Below are positions 57,754 through 64,000 of a stretch of DNA of 64,000 bases, piece by piece. Source of the stretch: Candidatus Roizmanbacteria bacterium (GTDB lineage: Bacteria > Patescibacteriota > Microgenomatia > UBA1406); the NCBI GenBank assembly GCA_024654535.1, contig JANLHL010000016.1, forward strand, positions 32,626 through 96,625. Direction: 5' to 3'. The notes under the pieces were generated by a model. It was not told the origin of the DNA. It did no database searches and worked only from the letters and a program-made list of their open reading frames with translations. The translations under genes and the position numbers were made by a program. Numbering within the stretch: position 1 is the stretch's first letter; every line of letters starts with the position of its first letter.

Positions 57754-60324
57754 ATGAGAGATTATGCACGTTCAATAAAAAATACTAGAAGAAGAAAGTC
57801 TATTAATATTGGAGTAATAGTTCGTTCTATTTTCTTAAAGCTAGGAGTTAAGGGAACTGTGCTTTTTATTACTGTGTTTGTTTTTTTTATCATTGGTTTT
57901 ATTTTTTGGATTACAAAAGATCTTCCGACACCAGACTCTATAATTAAAAATACAAAATACAGTACCACTTTGCTCGATAGAAACGATAAGGTGATTTACC
58001 AAGTGTATACCGATAAAAATATAGTCCCAGTTACATATTCTGATATTCCAAAGACACTCATACAAGCAACGATAGCAACAGAGGACAAAGAATTTTATAC
58101 GCATAAAGGATTTTCTCTGTGGGGAATTTTTCGTGCAGCAGTTCGAGATATTATTTTTCATAAAAGAGAAGGAGGATCTACCATAACTCAACAATTAGTG
58201 AAGAATACTCTACTTACTCCTGAAAAGAGCATTCCTCGTAAAATGAAAGAATTTATACTTGCAGTTGAGTTAGAGCGTCGGTATACAAAAGACCAGATAC
58301 TTGAAATGTATTTCAACCAAACACCCTATGGAGGAACGACCTACGGCGTGGGTTCGGCAGCAAAGTACTACTTTGATAAAACTCCACAAAAACTGACGAC
58401 GGTCGAAAGTGCTATATTGGCTGGATTACCGCAGAGCCCTTCGGTCTACTCGCCGTACTCAGGAGTAAAAGATGCCTATATTTCACGCACAAAAGAAGTA
58501 CTGCGTCGAATGAGAGAGGATGGATATATAACCAAAACACAAGAAGTTGATTTAGGAAATTCTATTAAGAAGGTTAAATTTTTTGGAAATTCAGAGGATA
58601 ATATACAGGCAACCCATTTTGTTTTTTATGTTAAAGATGAGCTCGATAAAATGTTAAGTGACAACGCATTGTACCAGCGAGGATTAGTAATCAGAACAAC
58701 GCTCGATCTCGACTTACAAAAGGAAGTAGAAGAAATTGTTAAAGAAGAAATAAAAAACGCTAAAAGCCTTGACATATCAAATGGAGCGGTCGTTGTTATG
58801 AAAGCTAGTACTGGTGAGATACTGGCGATGGTTGGATCATACGACTATAACGACAAGCAGTTTGGTAAATTCAATGCTACTCTAGGACTGCGCCAACCAG
58901 GATCAACGTTGAAACCATTTACTTATGCGCTTGCATTTGAAAATAACTACTCACCTGCAAGTACGATAATGGACGTCAAGACTACCTTTCAGTCGGGTCA
59001 AAACACCGACGAAAAACCATACGAGCCAGTCAATTACGACGGGAAGTATAATGGTCCAGTCCAAATGCGTTTTGCATTAGGGAGCTCTTTAAACATTCCG
59101 GCGGTAAAGACGCTCGCATCGGTAGGAATAGAGAATTTACTTCAAAAATTATACGATGCTGGCCTTAAAACTCTCGAACCAACGAACGAAAACATGAAAC
59201 GTTTTGGGCTTTCCCTGACACTGGGTGGCGGTGAAGTTACGTTACTTGATCTTACGAGCGCTTATACTACGTTTGCCAATGGAGGATTTGCTACAAGTCC
59301 GAGTGGATTAGTAGATGTTCAAACATATGGAAATAAGAAGCTTTTTACACAGCCAAAAACAGTTAAGAAACAGGTATTCTCCAAAGAAGTGTCATTCCTC
59401 ATTTCTCACATACTTTCAGATAACATTGCTCGAAATATAACTTTTGGCCCGAATAACTACCTTGTTATTCCTGGTAAGACAGTCGCTGCCAAAACAGGGA
59501 CTACCGATGACAAAAGAGATAACTGGACCATTGGCTATACAAAAGATATAGTTGTAGGCGTATGGGTAGGGAACAACGACAACACAAAAATGAATCCGAA
59601 CCTTACTTCTGGTGTTAGTGGAGCTGCGCCAATATGGCGACGAGTGTTTATATACGCATTATCACACGGTTATAAAGATGGAATTATCGATAAACCTTCA
59701 ACGGTTGATGCACTAACTATTGATTCACAGTTTGGGGGTTTGCCATATAAAGATTTTCCTACAAGATCAGAGTATTTTATAAAAGGGACTGAGCCAAGTG
59801 ACACATCACCAAGTTACAAGTTACTAAAGATTTCCAAATCAACTGGAAAATTGGCGAATGATTACGAGGTTAGTCATAATGATTTCGATGAAAAATTGTT
59901 TTTTGTTGTCAATGAAACCGATCCACTATCTCTCGATGGCACTAATCGCTGGCAAGAAGGTATAGATTCTTGGGCACGAGAGCAGTCTGATGATCGTTGG
60001 AAGCCGCCAACAGAGATATCAGACAGTAATAAGGACGCTATATCGATCTCAGTATCTGGTATTTCTGATAAGGAAAATATTGAAAACACTCCTTTTGATA
60101 TTACGGCAAATGTGTCGTCGAGTAGAAATATAGAATATTTCCGTTTTTTGATTAACAACGTTCTAGAAAAAGAAACGAAAGATAAAAAAATACAAGTTTC
60201 TATTTCGAAAGATCCTGGGATTTATACATTTACATTTATTGCGAAAAATGAGGCAGGAAATGAATCAAAGCAAGAGTTTACCGTTGGAATAAAAACCGAT
60301 CCTAACCAAACACCGACTCCATAA
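57754..60324 (+). CDS. Class A bifunctional PBP (PBP1A-like) with C-terminal Ig-like domain
   Basis: EDKEFY.H.G, GGSTITQQL, RK.KE, QPGSTLK, SLN, KTGT. Confidence 0.92.
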   Translation: MRDYARSIKNTRRRKSINIGVIVRSIFLKLGVKGTVLFITVFVFFIIGFIFWITKDLPTPDSIIKNTKYSTTLLDRNDKVIYQVYTDKNIVPVTYSDIPKTLIQATIATEDKEFYTHKGFSLWGIFRAAVRDIIFHKREGGSTITQQLVKNTLLTPEKSIPRKMKEFILAVELERRYTKDQILEMYFNQTPYGGTTYGVGSAAKYYFDKTPQKLTTVESAILAGLPQSPSVYSPYSGVKDAYISRTKEVLRRMREDGYITKTQEVDLGNSIKKVKFFGNSEDNIQATHFVFYVKDELDKMLSDNALYQRGLVIRTTLDLDLQKEVEEIVKEEIKNAKSLDISNGAVVVMKASTGEILAMVGSYDYNDKQFGKFNATLGLRQPGSTLKPFTYALAFENNYSPASTIMDVKTTFQSGQNTDEKPYEPVNYDGKYNGPVQMRFALGSSLNIPAVKTLASVGIENLLQKLYDAGLKTLEPTNENMKRFGLSLTLGGGEVTLLDLTSAYTTFANGGFATSPSGLVDVQTYGNKKLFTQPKTVKKQVFSKEVSFLISHILSDNIARNITFGPNNYLVIPGKTVAAKTGTTDDKRDNWTIGYTKDIVVGVWVGNNDNTKMNPNLTSGVSGAAPIWRRVFIYALSHGYKDGIIDKPSTVDALTIDSQFGGLPYKDFPTRSEYFIKGTEPSDTSPSYKLLKISKSTGKLANDYEVSHNDFDEKLFFVVNETDPLSLDGTNRWQEGIDSWAREQSDDRWKPPTEISDSNKDAISISVSGISDKENIENTPFDITANVSSSRNIEYFRFLINNVLEKETKDKKIQVSISKDPGIYTFTFIAKNEAGNESKQEFTVGIKTDPNQTPTP

Positions 60325-60374
60325 GTTTATTTTCCTGTATTGTCTTATACTAGTTTGTAGACTATAATGTAAAA

Positions 60375-60575
60375 ATGGCAGATAAAGCTATTAATCCGAA
60401 TATATTTAAAGGTATCATAAGTGAGTTAAAGAAAGTTACTTGGCCTAGTCGTAAAGAGACCTTGCATCTTTCTCTCGTGGTTGTTATAATTTCAGTTCTA
60501 CTGGGCTTCTATATAGGTTTTTTTGATTATATTTTTGCAAAATTGGTCGCTTTTCTCATTAGTTTAAAGAAATAA
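60375..60575 (+). CDS. secE: Preprotein translocase subunit SecE
   Basis: ELKKVTWPSR plus TM segment. Confidence 0.93.
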   Translation: MADKAINPNIFKGIISELKKVTWPSRKETLHLSLVVVIISVLLGFYIGFFDYIFAKLVAFLISLKK

Positions 60576-60577
60576 TT

Positions 60578-61171
60578 ATGAATCAGACAGATACTGCAGT
60601 AACAGTCGATGAGGTCCCTCAAGAGGTTGTTAATGCTCAAATACATCCAGACGCGAAATGGTATGTGGTACATACGCAAGCTGGATACGAACAACGTACA
60701 AAAAAAGCACTTGAAGAACGTGTGAAAACCTTAGGCTATGCTCATCAGATATTCGAGACCATAGTTCCTATGCGTAATGTTATTACTATTAAGCAAGGAA
60801 AAAAGAAACAAGTGAAGGAGAAGTTATTTCCAGGCTATCTTCTTGTTAGTATGATATTGAACGATGATAGTTGGCTCGTAGTGAGAACAACAGAAGGTGT
60901 TACTGGGTTTGTCGGTGCTGGGAATAAACCGACACCTATTTCTGAAAAGGAAGTTGCTGCAATACTTAAATTCACGACACAACAGACCCCTAAATTTAAG
61001 ACGAAGTTTTCAGTATCTGAAGCGGTTAAGATAGTTGATGGACCTTTTTCAGATTTTCTTGGTACGATTCAAAAAGTTGATGAGGAACAAGGAAAAGTCA
61101 AGGTGCTCATCTCTATTTTTGGTAGAGAAACACCCGTCGAATTAGATTTTTTACAGGTTGAAAAAATATAA
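60578..61171 (+). CDS. nusG: Transcription factor NusG
   Basis: WYVVHT, FPGY, GVTGFVG, KOW domain IFGRETPVEL. Confidence 0.96.
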   Translation: MNQTDTAVTVDEVPQEVVNAQIHPDAKWYVVHTQAGYEQRTKKALEERVKTLGYAHQIFETIVPMRNVITIKQGKKKQVKEKLFPGYLLVSMILNDDSWLVVRTTEGVTGFVGAGNKPTPISEKEVAAILKFTTQQTPKFKTKFSVSEAVKIVDGPFSDFLGTIQKVDEEQGKVKVLISIFGRETPVELDFLQVEKI

Positions 61172-61594
61172 ATGGCAAAAGAAGTAAAAGCACTCATAAA
61201 ATTGAATCTACAAGCAGGTCAGGCGACAGCGGCTCCGCCAGCTGGACCAGCCTTAGGACAGCAAGGTGTACCAATTATGGACTTTATTAGGCAGTATAAC
61301 GAAAGAACAGCGCAAGATAAGGGTAAGATTATCCCAGTGGTTATTACTGTGTATGATGACCGCTCATTTACGTTTGTCACAAAGCTACCTCCTGCGTCAG
61401 CGCTTATAAAGGAAAAACTAGGCCTAAAAAAAGCAGCGACAAACCCAGGAAAAGAAGTAGTAGCGACAATGACTAAGCAGCAAGTGACTGAGATTGCAGA
61501 GTCAAAAATGAAGGACTTAAATGCTAGAACAGTGAAACAAGCAATACGAGTTATTGAAGGTACCGCCCGCAGTATGGGTATTCAAATTAAGTAA
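61172..61594 (+). CDS. rplK: 50S ribosomal protein L11
   Basis: [16 protein letters not shown]. Confidence 0.96.
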   Translation: MAKEVKALIKLNLQAGQATAAPPAGPALGQQGVPIMDFIRQYNERTAQDKGKIIPVVITVYDDRSFTFVTKLPPASALIKEKLGLKKAATNPGKEVVATMTKQQVTEIAESKMKDLNARTVKQAIRVIEGTARSMGIQIK

Positions 61595-61596
61595 AT

Positions 61597-62307
61597 ATGG
61601 GAAAGAAAAAACAAATAACTGTCGGTGTACAGGAAAAAAAGAAGGATGTCCAAGTGATGGATATGAGCGTGAGTACTAAAAAGCCAAACAAAATGATCAA
61701 AAAGGCGGTAAAAACAAGAGGGACTCTATATAAAAAGGCTAAATTAGAGACTATGAAGAAGAAGTTGTACAGTATTAAGGATGCTGTTACTCTCTTAAAA
61801 AAAGTCGCTCATGAAAAATTTCCTTCTCCTGTTGAGCTACATTTAAATGTTCAAGAAGTTGGATTAAGGGGAGAAGTTGCTTTGCCGCATGGAACTGGAA
61901 AGACTATAAATGTAGTAATATTTGACGACTCAGTAGAAAAAGACATTAAGGGAGGTACGATATCATTTGATATCCTTATTGCTCGTCCAGATGATATGAA
62001 GCGATTGGTTCCTTATGCACGACTTTTAGGACCAAAAGGATTAATGCCATCACCAAAAAAAGGCACAGTTAGTGAAACGCCAGAGAAGGCATTAAAAAAG
62101 TTCCAGAAGGGTGCGGTGCACTATAAGACAGAAGCTAAGGCCCCTATTGTGCATCAGGTTGTGGGTCTGGTCTCATTCAATGAGACACAACTCATAGAGA
62201 ATGTATCGACATTTATACGGGCAGTAGAGACTAAGAATATTCGCAAGGCATTTATATGCACAGCTATGAGTCCATCGCTAATACTTGATCTTTCAAGTAT
62301 TGTATGA
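61597..62307 (+). CDS. rplA: 50S ribosomal protein L1
   Basis: LPHGTGK, LGPKGLMPSPK.GT. Confidence 0.93.
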   Translation: MGKKKQITVGVQEKKKDVQVMDMSVSTKKPNKMIKKAVKTRGTLYKKAKLETMKKKLYSIKDAVTLLKKVAHEKFPSPVELHLNVQEVGLRGEVALPHGTGKTINVVIFDDSVEKDIKGGTISFDILIARPDDMKRLVPYARLLGPKGLMPSPKKGTVSETPEKALKKFQKGAVHYKTEAKAPIVHQVVGLVSFNETQLIENVSTFIRAVETKNIRKAFICTAMSPSLILDLSSIV

Positions 62308-63386
62308 AAATTTACCTGTCTGTTCAAGAAGCTGGAAAATCCATAAAGAATAGTATTATCCGAACAATTGGTAAAAGTAAAAATACTTTATTCGAGTATG
62401 CTCCTCAGGAAAAGAAAAGTAGTGAGAAACTTTTTGAAATCAATAAGAAATACATTGACGAATCCGACTGTGTTATTGCAGAAATCACCTCTGCGACTAT
62501 GGATAGTGGTGGAATCATTGTTTATGCACTAACCAGGAAAAAACCTGTACTTGCGTTGATTTTAGGTGAGGCAGAAAATAAATTGACTCCACTCTTACAC
62601 GGAAATCCATCCGAATGGTTATTCTTGGAACACTATTCACAGGAAAGTGTTCCGTATATATTGAGGAATTTCATTGATCACTGCACTAATCTAGCTACTA
62701 GAAGTGGTAAACTTGTGGTTATAGATGGTGGCGATGGTTCTGGTAAAGCAACTCAGTCTGCACTTCTTTCTGAATATTTTAATGCAAAAGGAATAAATCA
62801 TAGAATGTATGATTTTCCGCGCTATTATAATTCATTTCATGGTTCTATTGTTGGTAGGATGCTGAAGGGAGAATTTGGTCCATTTGATTCTATTTCACCC
62901 TATTTAGCTTCATTAGCGTATGCATTAGATAGAGCATCTGTCCGAGAGGAAATGTCCGACTATCTGCAAAAGGGCGGTATAATAATCTCAAATAGATATG
63001 CAACATCAAGTATGGCACATCAGAGTGCAAAATTTAAAAAAAAGAAAGATTCAATAGATTTCCTTGATTGGATATATGATCTTGAATATAAAAAGCATAA
63101 GATACCGAAAGAAGACATTGTTATCTATCTGTATGTACCGTGGAAATATGGTCTAGAATTAGATAAAAAAAAGGCAAAAAGAGGTTACTTGGGTAAAAAA
63201 AAGCTTGATTTAGCAGAGAAAAATATTGAACATAGGAAAGCCTCAGAGAAAATGTATCTCACTTTGTGTAGAAAACATAAGCATTGGGTGAAGATAGATT
63301 GTGTAGAGAATGATAGACTTCGTTCACGAGAAAGCATCCATGCAGAAATGCTGAGTGTACTTAAAAATAATGGTATTTTGATTTAA
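62304..63386 (+). CDS. tmk: Thymidylate kinase fused to an N-terminal nucleoside deoxyribosyltransferase-like domain
   Basis: C-terminal part: VIDGGDGSGKATQ, FPRY, LAYALDR, SNRY; N-terminal part: IDESDCVIAE...YA...KPVL. Confidence 0.75.
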   Translation: MKIYLSVQEAGKSIKNSIIRTIGKSKNTLFEYAPQEKKSSEKLFEINKKYIDESDCVIAEITSATMDSGGIIVYALTRKKPVLALILGEAENKLTPLLHGNPSEWLFLEHYSQESVPYILRNFIDHCTNLATRSGKLVVIDGGDGSGKATQSALLSEYFNAKGINHRMYDFPRYYNSFHGSIVGRMLKGEFGPFDSISPYLASLAYALDRASVREEMSDYLQKGGIIISNRYATSSMAHQSAKFKKKKDSIDFLDWIYDLEYKKHKIPKEDIVIYLYVPWKYGLELDKKKAKRGYLGKKKLDLAEKNIEHRKASEKMYLTLCRKHKHWVKIDCVENDRLRSRESIHAEMLSVLKNNGILI

Positions 63387-63440
63387 TAAATAAGCAGTAC
63401 AACGCTTGCATATTTTTTTTATTCATGGTATTGTCCAAGC

Positions 63441-64000
63441 ATGAAGTATCTTAAGAAAGTAGATTCTGCAGTATACGATATTATCCGCAAAGAAGATAAG
63501 CGTCTTTCAACGACACTTATGATGATTCCTTCCGAAAATTATGCATCACGTGCCGTCGAAGAGGCAGTTGGATCTAAATTTGGCGACAAATATGCCGAAG
63601 GATATCCACAGAAACGATATTATCAGGGACAGAGAAATGCAGATATGCTTGAATTGTTAGTGATAGACCGTGCGAAAGCGTTGTTCGGTGTTCCCCATGT
63701 TAATGTGCAACCGTACTCTGGCTCGCCAGCAAACCTTGCTGTATATAATGCACTGCTTCAACCTGGTGATACAATTTTAGGGTTATCGCTTGCATTTGGT
63801 GGGCATCTTACACACGGTGCATCCGCTTCGGCAACAAGTAAGTTTTTTCATTCTGTTCAGTACAGCCTAGATGATGCGGGTATGATAAATTTTAGTGAAA
63901 TAGAAAGTCTTGTTAAAAAGCATAAGCCGAAAATCATAGTGGCAGGAACGACAGCATATCCTCGATTTTTGGATTGGAAACGTTTTTCGCAAATCGCTGA
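63441..64000 (+). CDS. glyA: Serine hydroxymethyltransferase (5' part; runs off the window end)
   Basis: Manual translation IPSENY, KYAEGYP.KRYY.G, NVQPYSGSPAN, GGHLTHG. Confidence 0.95.
   Translation, partial: MKYLKKVDSAVYDIIRKEDKRLSTTLMMIPSENYASRAVEEAVGSKFGDKYAEGYPQKRYYQGQRNADMLELLVIDRAKALFGVPHVNVQPYSGSPANLAVYNALLQPGDTILGLSLAFGGHLTHGASASATSKFFHSVQYSLDDAGMINFSEIESLVKKHKPKIIVAGTTAYPRFLDWKRFSQIA

Noticed and set aside
454..60158. Many short ORFs in the six-frame track, antisense or out of frame to long genes (e.g. 23721-24347, 41800-42300, 8909-9199)
   Set aside because: They are shadows of well-supported genes and carry no recognisable motifs.

Overview
Chromosomal segment of a small-genome bacterium. 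Gene content (truncated trigger factor, DUF5660-like protein, large type IV pilin array, tRNAs mostly without encoded CCA) suggests Patescibacteria/CPR, probably Microgenomates; this is inference. TGA acts as stop. The core blocks are a dcw/mur cluster, clpB-murT, thrS-infC-rpmI-rplT-pheST, murD, a type IV pilus locus with interleaved GT-C glycosyltransferases, recG-rpmF-nusB-rnc-rpsP, a class A PBP, and secE-nusG-rplK-rplA-tmk-glyA. Six intact tRNAs are present, and an accessory region spans about 28.8-35.3 kb. The most notable unannotated signals are: (1) a small GIY-YIG nuclease gene between an intact tRNA-His and a duplicated tRNA-His 5' half interrupted by a CCCGCC-N3-GGCGGG palindrome, a candidate minimal tRNA-targeting mobile element; (2) a terminator-type T-box riboswitch with an apparently ultrashort stem I and Arg (CGC) specifier ahead of an argA/argE-like pair; (3) a Thr6 leader-peptide attenuator upstream of thrS; (4) an S41 protease with an HPD-less J-domain where the PDZ domain normally sits; (5) pervasive leaderless-type promoters, including two divergent genes whose start codons form one ATGCAT. 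All calls were made by eye; no searches were run.
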